Below are positions 34,813-44,671 of a stretch of 64,000 nucleotides of DNA, piece after piece. How positions within the stretch are numbered: the stretch's first letter is position 1; every line of letters begins with the position of its first letter. This DNA is from Candidatus Babeliales bacterium (lineage in GTDB: Bacteria; Babelota; Babeliae; Babelales; JACPOV01), in contig DATALT010000002.1 of assembly GCA_036260945.1 (NCBI GenBank), forward strand, positions 876,529-940,528, in the 5' to 3' direction. A program made the translations under genes and the position numbers. Below the pieces are notes generated by a model, which searched no databases, was not told the origin of the DNA, and saw nothing but the letters and a program-made list of their open reading frames with translations.

Positions 34813-36369
34813 CTATAATTCCTGCGCTAACCGATTCAATCCGCCAGCTAGCTCATCTAGAGAATTTTTTAAGTCGGGTGCTTTTTTTACTGATTCGTTT
34901 TTATTTAATAGCATGGTTAAATATAATGCTACATTCTTTTTTTTCTTAAGATTTGCCTCGCTTAACATGGTGGCTGTAATATTCAACCCATTCTGGACGA
35001 GCAATTCTAAAATACCCACATCATCGTTTTCAAGTGCATAATCAAAAGGAGCTTTGTCGTAAATATCAACTCTAGTTAAAAATTGCTTTGAGCGTTGTGC
35101 TACTTTTTCAAGAACATCTAAAGCACGCGCACGAACTTTTTTATCATTTTTTTTATTTGCAAACAAAGCCGCCAAAATAACTGGTGTCCTACCATTTTTA
35201 TCGACTAAATCGGTGCGGGAACCTGCTTGTAAAAGAATATCCACGATATCAAATTTTCCATTTTCGATCGCCAACATCAATAATGTTTTTCCTTCAGGAT
35301 TTTGTTGATCGAGAGGAACGAAAAGTAATTGATTTTTTTGGTGCTGAGTCAAAATTTTTTCAAAAAGGTACAGGGCCGCTTGATAGTTGGCCAATTCTGG
35401 ATCGGCAGTCTCTATAATTATTGCGGGAATTGCGGCGATGAAATTCTTTACGAATGTTTGCAAATGTTGCGGCGCGTTCAAACTGGCATTCGGCAGGAGA
35501 TTAGGAATTCGTTGGTATAGATCACGAGCAACGATCCAATTTCGATCTTGAATAGCCTTTTCAAACTTAGCGAACTCTTGAAATGAGATTCCTGTTTGCA
35601 AGTCTTGTTCAAGAAGTTCGCGTACCCTTTTCCATTCAGGCACATCGCTTTGATTTACGACTACTTGAGTAGCAAGATCAAATGCAGTTTTTCCGTCAGC
35701 ATTTTTAATCTCTTTGCTTGCACCTGCAATTATAAGCTTTTCAATAATACCTAAGCTTTTTTCAGCATCAACTTCCTGTGCATTCGTGCCTATATTTTTT
35801 TTCTTAATAACTCCTTTTGCTGCATACATCAACGGTGTTTCAAATCGATCATCAATATCATCAATCAATTGTTTTTTTGTTATTTTTGGCGATAGAGAAC
35901 TGAGCACTTCAGGAGAAAGATTGAGAAGAACATCCAAAATTTCCGGATTGCCATTAAGAACTGCATAATGAGCCGGCCCTCGACCATAATCATCGCGACC
36001 AAGTGGAGCGTTAGCTTTTACAAAAAATTCAAATAATTGTGGTGCAAGCTGGTTTTCAGGTTTTTGTTTTGAAATCTCCAAAATTACTTTTTTTAGATCG
36101 GGCACTTCAGTCACATCTGCCATCAAATTCAAGCGTTTTAGATCAACCCTGAGACCGCCAATAAGCGGGTATAATTGCTCACTGCTGATTCCACCAATCA
36201 CTTTTTCATCGCCAAGGTTTTGCAATTCGTGAAATGCTTCTTGGTAATTTGAATCGGCCACAATATTTTTAACCATGCGTTTCAGAATATCTAAAACCCC
36301 ATAATGAGGCACCATTGCGTGAAGCGTAAGGGGCAAAAGTAATAAATAGAGCATTATTTTTTTTCTCAT
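34813..36369 (-). CDS. exported ankyrin-repeat protein (array member 1)
   Basis: Signal-like MRKKIMLYLLLLPLTLHA|MV. ANK repeats GRGPAHYAVLNGNPEILDVLL, ETPLMYAAKG and GKTLLMLAIENGKFDIVDILLQAGSRTDLVDKNGRTPVILAA. C-terminal tail LDELAGGLNRLAQEL. The ATG at 36369 is better spaced from the GAGGA SD than the one at 36375. Confidence 0.85.
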   Translation of the reverse strand: MRKKIMLYLLLLPLTLHAMVPHYGVLDILKRMVKNIVADSNYQEAFHELQNLGDEKVIGGISSEQLYPLIGGLRVDLKRLNLMADVTEVPDLKKVILEISKQKPENQLAPQLFEFFVKANAPLGRDDYGRGPAHYAVLNGNPEILDVLLNLSPEVLSSLSPKITKKQLIDDIDDRFETPLMYAAKGVIKKKNIGTNAQEVDAEKSLGIIEKLIIAGASKEIKNADGKTAFDLATQVVVNQSDVPEWKRVRELLEQDLQTGISFQEFAKFEKAIQDRNWIVARDLYQRIPNLLPNASLNAPQHLQTFVKNFIAAIPAIIIETADPELANYQAALYLFEKILTQHQKNQLLFVPLDQQNPEGKTLLMLAIENGKFDIVDILLQAGSRTDLVDKNGRTPVILAALFANKKNDKKVRARALDVLEKVAQRSKQFLTRVDIYDKAPFDYALENDDVGILELLVQNGLNITATMLSEANLKKKKNVALYLTMLLNKNESVKKAPDLKNSLDELAGGLNRLAQEL

Positions 36370-36401
36370 TTGCATTCCTCTTTTTGAGAATAAAACTACC
36401 C

Positions 36402-36438
36402 AAAAAATAAAGCGCCCGGCAAGATTACCGAGCGCTTT
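36402..36438 (-). terminator. rho-independent terminator after ANK gene 2
   Basis: Minus-strand RNA: AGCGCUCGG-uaaucuug-CCGGGCGCU followed by UUAUUUUUU. Confidence 0.6.
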
Positions 36439-36461
36439 TATTTTTTAAACTACGTAAAAAA

Positions 36462-37166
36462 CTATCTACCAAGAAGGGCAGTTCTCAATCCGGTAAGTTT
36501 ACCAACCAGCCCACGGAGCCCTCCTGCCATATCATCGCTGACTACGTGAGAACCCAATTGAGCACCCATTTTTTTCAATTCTTTACTCATTGCATTGCAC
36601 AAATCTTTATCCATTATTTTATTTGCATTAGTTCTGCATTCAGTCACATAATCAAGTGCCGTTTTTCCTTGATAATCAATAGCATTGATAAACCGATCAA
36701 ATTCTTCCTTAGGAAGATCGCGTTGAGCAATCTTAGCAACTGCGATTACCATCTCCAGAGCAACTGGTTCGTCTTTCTGTACGAGCTGATGGAGCAGAGT
36801 TTGCTTATTAGCATTTATTTGTTCAATTTTACTACCCAAGGCCACAAGGGAGCTCATTATTGATTTTGCATTATCGAATTCTCGTTGATTTGCGTAGTCT
36901 TTCAATACGATCATTTTCAAAGCTTCGTGCAAAATATTAAAATCTGCAGGCATTACATATTTTTCAAGATCGGCATCAGAATTAATTCCGTAATTCCTAA
37001 GTGATTCGACCGCGCCTCGAATAATATCCATTTTGTTTGTATCAAATGCTCCGCGCGTGATAGCGTTTTTAATCTGCCCCAGTGCGGTGATTATATCTTT
37101 TTTGTCTACCGCAAAAGAATTTCTAACAAAACATAAAAATATAATGGCTAATAGTGTTCTTTTCAT
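36462..37166 (-). CDS. exported ankyrin-like repeat protein (array member 2)
   Basis: Signal peptide MKRTLLAIIFLCFVRNSFA. ANK-like KQTLLHQLVQKDEPVALEMVI and GKTALDYV. Paralogous to member 3 (SDADLEKY vs KKADLEKR). Tail MAGGLRGLVGKLTGLRTALLGR. Confidence 0.7.
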   Translation of the reverse strand: MKRTLLAIIFLCFVRNSFAVDKKDIITALGQIKNAITRGAFDTNKMDIIRGAVESLRNYGINSDADLEKYVMPADFNILHEALKMIVLKDYANQREFDNAKSIMSSLVALGSKIEQINANKQTLLHQLVQKDEPVALEMVIAVAKIAQRDLPKEEFDRFINAIDYQGKTALDYVTECRTNANKIMDKDLCNAMSKELKKMGAQLGSHVVSDDMAGGLRGLVGKLTGLRTALLGR

Positions 37167-37185
37167 TATTATTCCTTAATGATTT

Positions 37186-37953
37186 TTATTTTATTCTGGC
37201 GGCCAATGCATCAAGATTTACCTTTAACGACATTAAAGCGTGATGCATCTTGCCTGTTCCAGTTTTTTCGGACCGTTCTCTTATTATTCGTTCCCTTAAA
37301 GCGATAGCGGTTTCACCATTAGCATCAGGTATATCTTGGCGTGCTCCATCTTTTACAAGCGCAGCATAAAACTCAGCGCAAACTGAAGGGCTCAACAATG
37401 CTCCATTGGAATCCTGGCATGCAACAGCAAAATGCATTACTGTTCTGCCATCGTATATATTTTTTTTATTGATCAAAGCATTAAAGGCGGCCGGTGAAAG
37501 CGATTCCCGAGCCCCCATGAGAAGATTATTAAATATTCTGGGCTCTTCGAAAAATAATGCTTTATCTAATAAAGTGATACCAGTTTTTTTGCCCTCAACC
37601 GTGATATCTTCATATTGCACATCCGCCCCAAGATCAATTAATTTTTTTATTATTCTCTCCCCAGTACCCCGCTCCTGATTATTTTTGTATCTGCGTACCA
37701 TCCCTGCCAAAGATTCGGTCAAATATTGAAAACTTTGTAGGCCACGTTTTTCTAAATCGGCCTTTTTTGATATCCCACTCGTCTCTTGAAGATTATCCAA
37801 GATCCTTTTCACGCTCGCAAAGTCTTGCTCTCTAATCCTTTCAGAAATATCTTTGAATGTAGCTCGCAAAACATTATTTCCGATTTCCATTTCGCCGGCC
37901 ATTAGGCTATTGATAGTGAGCAAAGCCAATGCGACCATGTTATATTTATTCAT
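37186..37953 (-). CDS. exported ankyrin-repeat protein (array member 3)
   Basis: Signal-like N-terminus. ANK elements GITLLDKALFFEEPRIFNNLL, GRTVMHFAVAC and GETAIAL. Tail HHALMSLKVNLDALAARIK. Confidence 0.75.
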   Translation of the reverse strand: MNKYNMVALALLTINSLMAGEMEIGNNVLRATFKDISERIREQDFASVKRILDNLQETSGISKKADLEKRGLQSFQYLTESLAGMVRRYKNNQERGTGERIIKKLIDLGADVQYEDITVEGKKTGITLLDKALFFEEPRIFNNLLMGARESLSPAAFNALINKKNIYDGRTVMHFAVACQDSNGALLSPSVCAEFYAALVKDGARQDIPDANGETAIALRERIIRERSEKTGTGKMHHALMSLKVNLDALAARIK

Positions 37954-38100
37954 CTACTGTCTCCCTTTTTGCAGAATCATTTTCAAACTACAAATTTCAT
38001 CAAACCATACTTTATAAAAAAAATAAACCGCACATTAGAACTAATAAAGATAATACCCCGATTTTTGTATACTAGGTCAATATTTTGAGTAGATATAGTA

Positions 38101-38132
38101 AAAAGAAGAGCGCCCAGGAAACCCTGAGCGCT
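38101..38132 (-). terminator. rho-independent terminator after ANK gene 4
   Basis: Minus-strand RNA: AGCGCUCAGGG-uuu-CCUGGGCGCU followed by CUUCUUUUU. Same stem sequence family as 36402..36438. Confidence 0.6.
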
Positions 38133-38160
38133 GTGAAAATATCGGTGCTTCGTTAGCTTT

Positions 38161-39792
38161 TTATAGTGCCCGTGCCAGCGCTCTTAAACTTCTGCTTAAT
38201 GCATTAAGGGCGCCATCTAGCCCCTTGCCTACCGGCGGTATTATCACGATAGGCGTATTTTTCTTTTCAATTTCTTCTTTTATATATTGGTAAACGGTTG
38301 GATGATTCAATTCCACTTCAAGTGCCGCAGCAAAAGCAGCATCGTCTACTGGCGCACCCGCCCTAACAAGTAGTTTAACAATGAGCAAGTTGCCTTTTGC
38401 TATCGCATATTGAAGAATATTTCTATTTCCATTCACCAGCCGATTGAAATTGATGCCTTTGCTTTTTAACGTCAGAACATCGGAGACCGCAGCAACTTCG
38501 TTTCGATCTATAGCAGCAACTAATTGGTCGGTGATATCCCCTTGCTGGCCTTTGCCTTGATCTTTTTCTTGCATTAATTCGCTCGGCTTTCTTACTGCGT
38601 TGGTATCAGGGTCAAGAGCAGCTATTTGATCGTCTGCACCATTGCGTATAAGTAATTCATATATCTCCTTGTATACAGGAATACCTGTTCTCATGTAGCT
38701 TAGTGCTGCTAAAAAAAGAGGAGTGTCGCCAGCTTTTGCCTTTAGATTTACTATTGTTTTAATGGTAGATTGACTCAATAAATTAGTTAATTTTTGAATA
38801 ACTAATTTTAGCAAATCAAAATTACCCGTAGAGACAATCCAATGAAGGATATTCCCACCATTTATTTGATCAGTAAGGCCATATTCAAAATTCTTGCCAG
38901 CCGCATCTATTAATTTCCCAATAAGCTCTTCTTGCTCAGCCTTTGTTCCAAGTATTTGATCAACGGATAATTGAGCCGCAGCGAACGCGGCACCGGACCA
39001 AACGGGTGCATACTCTGGCCGCTTTGCAATATCGGCATTAAACTTCTTAAATAAATTGAGCGCTCCTATAATATTTTTTTTGTCCAGAAGCTCGCTCATT
39101 TTGTCTTTAACTTCTTGAAGGGTGAGCTCTCCTGGTTCTTTACTAGGTTTACCTAGTGCAACATTAAGCGCATCAACTATTGGCTTATTATTTTTTGAGT
39201 AGCTTAGAGCCCGTTCCATAACTTCAACCGGTATTTGGCCTTTGCCTTTTTGTAGGAACAACTTCACCATATCAAGATCACCCGTAGAAGCGATCAATGG
39301 TAATAAATCTCGATCCCCGAAATTAATTTTAGTTTTGAGATCTTGCAAAATCGCTTTTGCTTCGTCATCTTTAGATAATTGAACTAGTCGCAAAAGCTCA
39401 TCAGTTTGGTCGCCCGAGACGCTCTCTTTCTCAGATTGCCGCCTCTCCCATTTATCAACGGCCTTTTTAAGCTGTCTATCTTGCGCAAAGTTGGGCAGCT
39501 TCTTTACATCCTCTATGTCGCCCCCCGTCAGCGCATCTCCGTATCTGTCAACAAAATAATATACAGTATCATAGTATTTCTCGCTTAGAGCTTTTTCGAA
39601 CAGGGTCCAGTTAACATTTTGATTTTTATAGTTTGGGTCCACGATATTATTTTCATTAAGAAGTAAGCTGTTCGCCTTAACTCTGTCACCAGTAGCTAGC
39701 GCCGCTGCCACATCCTCATTCACTATTCTTTTCTCCATCGCACCAAGCGAAACACATAGCGCAATAAGCCCAAAAAACACACTTCTTTTCAT
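38161..39792 (-). CDS. exported ankyrin-repeat protein (array member 4)
   Basis: ATG at 39792 with a GAGGGAG SD. Signal-like MKRSVFFGLIALCVSLGA|ME. ANK repeats GGNILHWIVSTGNFDLLKLVI, GDTPLFLAAL and NRNILQYAIAKGNLLIVKLLVRAGAPVD. Tail GLDGALNALSRSLRALARAL. Confidence 0.85.
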   Translation of the reverse strand: MKRSVFFGLIALCVSLGAMEKRIVNEDVAAALATGDRVKANSLLLNENNIVDPNYKNQNVNWTLFEKALSEKYYDTVYYFVDRYGDALTGGDIEDVKKLPNFAQDRQLKKAVDKWERRQSEKESVSGDQTDELLRLVQLSKDDEAKAILQDLKTKINFGDRDLLPLIASTGDLDMVKLFLQKGKGQIPVEVMERALSYSKNNKPIVDALNVALGKPSKEPGELTLQEVKDKMSELLDKKNIIGALNLFKKFNADIAKRPEYAPVWSGAAFAAAQLSVDQILGTKAEQEELIGKLIDAAGKNFEYGLTDQINGGNILHWIVSTGNFDLLKLVIQKLTNLLSQSTIKTIVNLKAKAGDTPLFLAALSYMRTGIPVYKEIYELLIRNGADDQIAALDPDTNAVRKPSELMQEKDQGKGQQGDITDQLVAAIDRNEVAAVSDVLTLKSKGINFNRLVNGNRNILQYAIAKGNLLIVKLLVRAGAPVDDAAFAAALEVELNHPTVYQYIKEEIEKKNTPIVIIPPVGKGLDGALNALSRSLRALARAL

Positions 39793-39873
39793 AAAATCTC
39801 CCTCTTTAATCTTTGAATTTATTTGCAAAATTAGCTAATACTTCAGCCCTTTTTCAAGATTAGTTTATCGTAA

Positions 39874-40692
39874 CTATTTCAACCAGCTTCCTGCCCAATG
39901 ATGAACCGCGTACGATTCGGGGCAAATCCACTGCTCGCGGGGCGCTCCTTTTTGATAATAGCCGCATGGATATAAATATGATGCTGGCAGCACCACATCA
40001 CGCCATCCAAAACTTCCTGCAAAGTTTCGGCATATCTCAGTGAAAAATAAAGGACCCGTCTTGAGCACAATCGGAATAATACCACGCCGGGTATGCATCA
40101 ATTCAATAGTTTTTCTCAGTAATGGATGGTTTTTTGCCGCACCAATGATACCAATACCTAATTGCAAGGTAGCAGTATCGAGCGGCTGTAATCCAACATA
40201 AAAATCAAAAAGCTCATGAATCTCATCAAATGGGCGCAAACATTCTTCATCAATATCGGCATAAAGGCCCCCAAATCTTTCCAGAATTTCATAGCGCCAA
40301 ATATCGGACTTCTCGCCATAATTATTCGTCGCATCAAACATATCTTTATTGATCATTCCAAAGGATGCGACGTCATCATCGCCCCACATCCTATACTCCC
40401 ATTCAGGATTCATTCTTCTCCATGAAGCGCACCATTCGTGATATTGATCTGGAAGTTTACCTCCAAGCCAAATTTGGTGAATTATTTTAGGAATACGAAC
40501 GATGCCATCCCGCTCAAGCTGCTCAGATTTTTTAAAAAGTGAATACCAGTGGGATAGATCAGAAATTATGTGCTGCCGAGAATGCACCTGCGAAAATTCG
40601 TGCCAGCGCATAGAGGAAAAAAAATCTACCCATTCAAATGCAATGAGTTTCGCGCTGCATAAAAGGCTCGCGAGCAAGATTATGCGTTTCAT
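39874..40692 (-). CDS. GT32-family (Och1-like, DXD) glycosyltransferase with an N-terminal signal/anchor
   Basis: IPKIIHQIWLGG, SDIWRYEILERFGGLYADIDEEC (DxD). N-terminus [18 protein letters not shown]. Its 5' end overlaps the fcl 3' end by 59 nt. Confidence 0.7.
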   Translation of the reverse strand: MKRIILLASLLCSAKLIAFEWVDFFSSMRWHEFSQVHSRQHIISDLSHWYSLFKKSEQLERDGIVRIPKIIHQIWLGGKLPDQYHEWCASWRRMNPEWEYRMWGDDDVASFGMINKDMFDATNNYGEKSDIWRYEILERFGGLYADIDEECLRPFDEIHELFDFYVGLQPLDTATLQLGIGIIGAAKNHPLLRKTIELMHTRRGIIPIVLKTGPLFFTEICRNFAGSFGWRDVVLPASYLYPCGYYQKGAPREQWICPESYAVHHWAGSWLK

Positions 40693-41632
40693 TATGTTCT
40701 CCTTTTAATTTCTTTAAATACCACGCATAAGCTTTCTCTAGCCCATCTCTTAAATTAGTCTCTGCTTGCCAGCCCAGTTGATTTATGCGCGAGCTATCAA
40801 GAATTTTGCGTGGTGTACCATCTGGCTGCCCACTATCAAAAGTAATTACCCCTGGATAGTTAACAATTTCGCAAATCATAGTGGCCAGTCGCGCGATCGA
40901 TATTTCTTGACCACTTCCAACATTAATTATTTCAGATCCATTGTAGCGCCCCATAAGAATAAAAAGTGCTACTGCTAAATCATCCGCATATAAAAATTCA
41001 CGCAAAGCGTTTCCCGTTCCCCATAGTGCTATCGAAGGTATATTCTTCTCTTTTGCTTCATGAATTTTCATAAGGAGCGCCGGAATAACATGCGAACGCT
41101 CTTTATCAAAAGTGTCTCCAGGGCCATATAAATTAGTAGGCATGGCACAAATAAAATTTGAGCCATATTGTTTGTGATATGCTTGCGCGAGCTTTATTCC
41201 AGAAATTTTTGCAATCGCGTACGCCTCATTTGTCGCCTCAAGAGAACCGGTCATTAAATATTCTTCTTTTATTGGCTGCTCGCACAATCGAGGATAAATG
41301 CATGAAGATCCCAAAAATAAAAGCTTTTTCACACCGTATGCATGAGCTGCATGCATCACGTTAGTTTGAATCATCAAATTATCGTAAAGAAATGAAGCGG
41401 GAAAATCGTTATTTGCTTTAATACCGCCCACAAGCGCCGCTGCCAGAAAAACAAAATCAGGTTTTTCTTCCAGAAAAAAATTGTTTACATCTTTTTGATT
41501 GCGTAAATCAAGTTCGTCTTTTTTGCGTATGATGAGATGCTGAAAACCCCGGGTTTTCAATAAACGAACTAACGCCGAGCCAACAAGCCCTTCATGGCCT
41601 GCTATATATATTTTTTCATTCAAATGCATCAA
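40634..41632 (-). CDS. fcl: GDP-L-fucose synthase (GDP-4-keto-6-deoxy-D-mannose 3,5-epimerase/4-reductase)
   Basis: [14 protein letters not shown] Rossmann motif and YAIAK (YxxxK). Follows gmd. The C-terminus is longer than I expect for Fcl. Confidence 0.88.
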   Translation of the reverse strand: MMHLNEKIYIAGHEGLVGSALVRLLKTRGFQHLIIRKKDELDLRNQKDVNNFFLEEKPDFVFLAAALVGGIKANNDFPASFLYDNLMIQTNVMHAAHAYGVKKLLFLGSSCIYPRLCEQPIKEEYLMTGSLEATNEAYAIAKISGIKLAQAYHKQYGSNFICAMPTNLYGPGDTFDKERSHVIPALLMKIHEAKEKNIPSIALWGTGNALREFLYADDLAVALFILMGRYNGSEIINVGSGQEISIARLATMICEIVNYPGVITFDSGQPDGTPRKILDSSRINQLGWQAETNLRDGLEKAYAWYLKKLKGEHNETHNLAREPFMQRETHCI

Positions 41633-42749
41633 CTTTCCTTCCCCTGGCTTCTCTGTTTTTTTCTAAATGGGCAGGAAAGAAAGAAATGTTTTGCTCAATT
41701 GATTCTTCAAGCTGCTGCAGATCGTGTTGGATCATAATTTTTACCAGCGTAGAAAAATCAACCTTCGGCTCCCAACCCAAAACCTTGAGTGCTTTTGAGG
41801 CATCGCCGCAAAGTTCATTCACTTCCGTTGGGCGAAAATAGCGCGGATCAATCGCAATAAGTGGTTCGCTCAACACGCCAAATGCAGCATCGTACCCTTT
41901 TTCGTCAATGCCGGATCCGTTCCACATAATCGTAACCCCAATATGCGCAAAAGCAGTTTCAACAAACTCGCGAACAGAATGCGATTTTCCGGTAGCGATC
42001 ACAAAATCGTCCGCTTTTTCTTGCTGAAGCATGAGCCACATCGCTTCCACATAATCGGCAGCATAGCCCCAATCTCTTTTTGCATCGAGATTTCCTAAAT
42101 ACAATGCGGTTTGTAAACCGTGCGCAATGCGCGCAACCGCTCGCGTTATTTTTCGCGTAACGAACGTTTCGCCACGCCTTGGGGATTCATGATTAAATAA
42201 AATGCCATTGCAAGCAAAAATATTATACGCTTCTCGGTAATTAACGGTAATCCAATGCGCATAAAGTTTTGCTGCAGCATACGGTGAGCGCGGATAAAAT
42301 GGCGTTCGCTCATTTTGCGGCGTTTCCTGCACTTTACCATATAATTCGCTCGTTGACGCTTGATAAAAACGAGTAGAATCTGCTTGATCAGAAAGCCGAA
42401 TTGCTTCCAAGAGTCGTAATGTGCCGAGCGCGTCGCATTGCGCCGTATACTCTGGTGTTTCAAATGAAACCGCGACATGGCTTTGCGCCGCTAAATTATA
42501 AACTTCGTCAGGTTTAATTTCTTTGATAAGACGAACCAAATTTGAGGTATCTGTAACATCACCATAGTGCAAAATAAATGGCGCATCGTGCGATTCATGT
42601 CGGTCTTTATGAAGATGATCAATGCGTCCTGTATTAAATGATGATGAGCGACGTTTAATACCATGAACCTCATATCCTTTTGAAAGCAGTAATTCAGATA
42701 AGTAGGCTCCATCCTGGCCGGTAATGCCAGTTATAAGTGCTTTTTTCAT
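41616..42749 (-). CDS. gmd: GDP-mannose 4,6-dehydratase
   Basis: [43 protein letters not shown]. Confidence 0.95.
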   Translation of the reverse strand: MKKALITGITGQDGAYLSELLLSKGYEVHGIKRRSSSFNTGRIDHLHKDRHESHDAPFILHYGDVTDTSNLVRLIKEIKPDEVYNLAAQSHVAVSFETPEYTAQCDALGTLRLLEAIRLSDQADSTRFYQASTSELYGKVQETPQNERTPFYPRSPYAAAKLYAHWITVNYREAYNIFACNGILFNHESPRRGETFVTRKITRAVARIAHGLQTALYLGNLDAKRDWGYAADYVEAMWLMLQQEKADDFVIATGKSHSVREFVETAFAHIGVTIMWNGSGIDEKGYDAAFGVLSEPLIAIDPRYFRPTEVNELCGDASKALKVLGWEPKVDFSTLVKIMIQHDLQQLEESIEQNISFFPAHLEKNREARGRKVDAFE

Positions 42750-42879
42750 CCCATCTCTCTCTTTTTTTTAATCCGCTATGATTCCTTCTACGCTCTCCGA
42801 GCTATGCATGACAGGTCGATACAGATTTCCGCTCATCCCGAGTGAACGCGCTTCGCGTTTGTATCGAAGGATAAAAATA

Positions 42880-43917
42880 TCACAAGTAATCTTCGCCAAA
42901 CTCCTGCCGCACTTTTTGCACCAACTCTTTTACTTTTTCAACTTCAGACCGTTTAATAATAACAATCGCATCATCAGTTTCTACAACGCACAAATCATCC
43001 ACGCCAACGAGTCCAATAATTTTTTTTGTTCCTGAGACCAAATTATTTTGTGCATCGACCGCAACTATTCGTTGCATTTCGGTCGCTGAACTCAGAAGTA
43101 AAAACGTTTCCATATTGCCAACATCAGACCAGCCAAATTGCACAGGAGCTACAAAAACATCTTTGCTTTTTTCCAGAACCGCATGATCAATCGAGATGTT
43201 AGGGCATTTTGCATATGCTTTTTCGTCACCATTAAATGCAGCTTGCACGCACGCATAAACTGCCGGCGCATATTTTTTAAATGCATCAATGAATGATCGA
43301 GCTGTTCCACAAAAAATACCAATATTCCAAAGCATATACTGATTGCGCAGATAATCGTGCGCCGTATCTTTGTTTGGTTTTTCATGAAAACGTTGCACAG
43401 GATAAATTGTGGAATGAGCGCGTGATCCAGGCGTATATTCAATGTAGCCGTAACCAGTTGCTGGATGCGTTGGATGTAATCCAAGAAGTGTTATTCCCGG
43501 ATGCTTCACAGCAAACGCTGCTGCATCAGCTAAATGCTCGCGTAGCATATGGGGATCAGCAATATAATGATCTGCTGGCACAAAAATTAATACCGCATTA
43601 GGGTCTTTTTCAGCGATTTGTAAGCAAGTCAGTAAAATTGCAGGGCCAGTGTTTCGCGAAATAGGCTCGGCAACAATCGTGCCCACTTTCTCGCGTGCCA
43701 CTCCACTCACCACTTCAAGTTGCTGCTTTGTCGTTACTATCATGAGTCGTTCACGCGAAATGAGCGGCGCCAATCGGTCAATAGTTTCATCCAAAAGTGA
43801 ACTTCCGTTATTTCCGAACGGCAGTAATTGTTTTGGGCGGTGTTCCCGGCTCAGGGGCCACAACCGTTCCCCTTTGCCGCCCGCTAAAATAATTCCGTAC
43901 ATTGGTATCGTCATCAT
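42880..43917 (-). CDS. manC: mannose-1-phosphate guanylyltransferase
   Basis: GIILAGGKGERLWPLSR nucleotidyltransferase motif. Start moved to the ATG at 43917, 1 nt after the upstream stop; the longer ORF-track extension overlaps the GT2 gene. Confidence 0.85.
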   Translation of the reverse strand: MMTIPMYGIILAGGKGERLWPLSREHRPKQLLPFGNNGSSLLDETIDRLAPLISRERLMIVTTKQQLEVVSGVAREKVGTIVAEPISRNTGPAILLTCLQIAEKDPNAVLIFVPADHYIADPHMLREHLADAAAFAVKHPGITLLGLHPTHPATGYGYIEYTPGSRAHSTIYPVQRFHEKPNKDTAHDYLRNQYMLWNIGIFCGTARSFIDAFKKYAPAVYACVQAAFNGDEKAYAKCPNISIDHAVLEKSKDVFVAPVQFGWSDVGNMETFLLLSSATEMQRIVAVDAQNNLVSGTKKIIGLVGVDDLCVVETDDAIVIIKRSEVEKVKELVQKVRQEFGEDYL

Positions 43918-43918
43918 T

Positions 43919-44671
43919 TCACCTTTGCTGCACATAAACGGAGCGCTTAAAGAGGCGATCATAAAAAAGAGAAAGAAATTTTTTAGCCGCTTCTGCCATA
44001 ATATTAATCGATAATTTTGATTTTCCGTGCAAGCGGCTTTGGGCGTGTATAGGAACTTCATCAATTTTTAACCCTGCTTTTTTAAAATAATAAATCGATT
44101 CCATGCAGAAAGAGAAACCACGCGAATCAAGATTTTCAAAAATGTTCGGATCGAGAGCAGCGACACGGTAAAGACGAAATGCGCCCGTACAGTCAAAAGG
44201 CATACCAAGCCCTTTTGCTATGAGCCAGCGCCAAAAAAGTGTAAACGGCAGGCGAATTTTGCCCCAGCCGCTCATCTTTCCGCCAGAAGTATAACGAGAA
44301 CCGATTATAATATCTGCATCGTTCTTTTTTGAAAGAAGAAGCGGAATATATTTTGGATCGTGCGTAAAATCTGCGTCCATGGTAATCAGATACTGATAAT
44401 CTCGTTGACGCGCGTAGCGAAACGCTTCAATATGTGCGGTGCCCAATCCTAATTTGCGTGAACGATGCATAACACGAACAGCGCTATCGTGCGCAGCAAT
44501 TTTGGCAAGTACGTCACCAGTGCCATCGGGCGAATTATCATCAATAAAATAAAAATCTATTGGCAGGTTAAGATTTTTGATTTCTTGATAGAGTTTTTGA
44601 ACGTTTTCACGCTCATTATACGTGGGAACCGCGACGACGATTGAATTTTTTAATGTCATTGAGCTATCCAT
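43919..44671 (-). CDS. GT2 polyprenol-phosphate glycosyltransferase (dolichol-P-mannose synthase / ArnC-like)
   Basis: VAVPTYNERENV, FIDDNSPDGT, TMDADFTHDP, ~250 aa. Confidence 0.85.
   Translation of the reverse strand: MDSSMTLKNSIVVAVPTYNERENVQKLYQEIKNLNLPIDFYFIDDNSPDGTGDVLAKIAAHDSAVRVMHRSRKLGLGTAHIEAFRYARQRDYQYLITMDADFTHDPKYIPLLLSKKNDADIIIGSRYTSGGKMSGWGKIRLPFTLFWRWLIAKGLGMPFDCTGAFRLYRVAALDPNIFENLDSRGFSFCMESIYYFKKAGLKIDEVPIHAQSRLHGKSKLSINIMAEAAKKFLSLFYDRLFKRSVYVQQR

Noticed and set aside
34746-34949. A 67-aa plus-strand ORF and the 4271..4456 ORF sit at gene ends.
   Set aside because: Both overlap the 3' ends of neighbouring, better-supported genes or lie in terminator regions. They have no SD and low-complexity sequence.
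40634-40692. A 59-nt overlap between the fcl 3' end and the GT32 5' end could be a sign of frameshift or pseudogenisation.
   Set aside because: Both ORFs are full length with intact motifs. The fcl tail is merely longer than I expect for this enzyme, and the GT32 start gives a clean signal/anchor, so this is more likely a genuine overlap in a compact operon. A sequencing check of the region would settle it.
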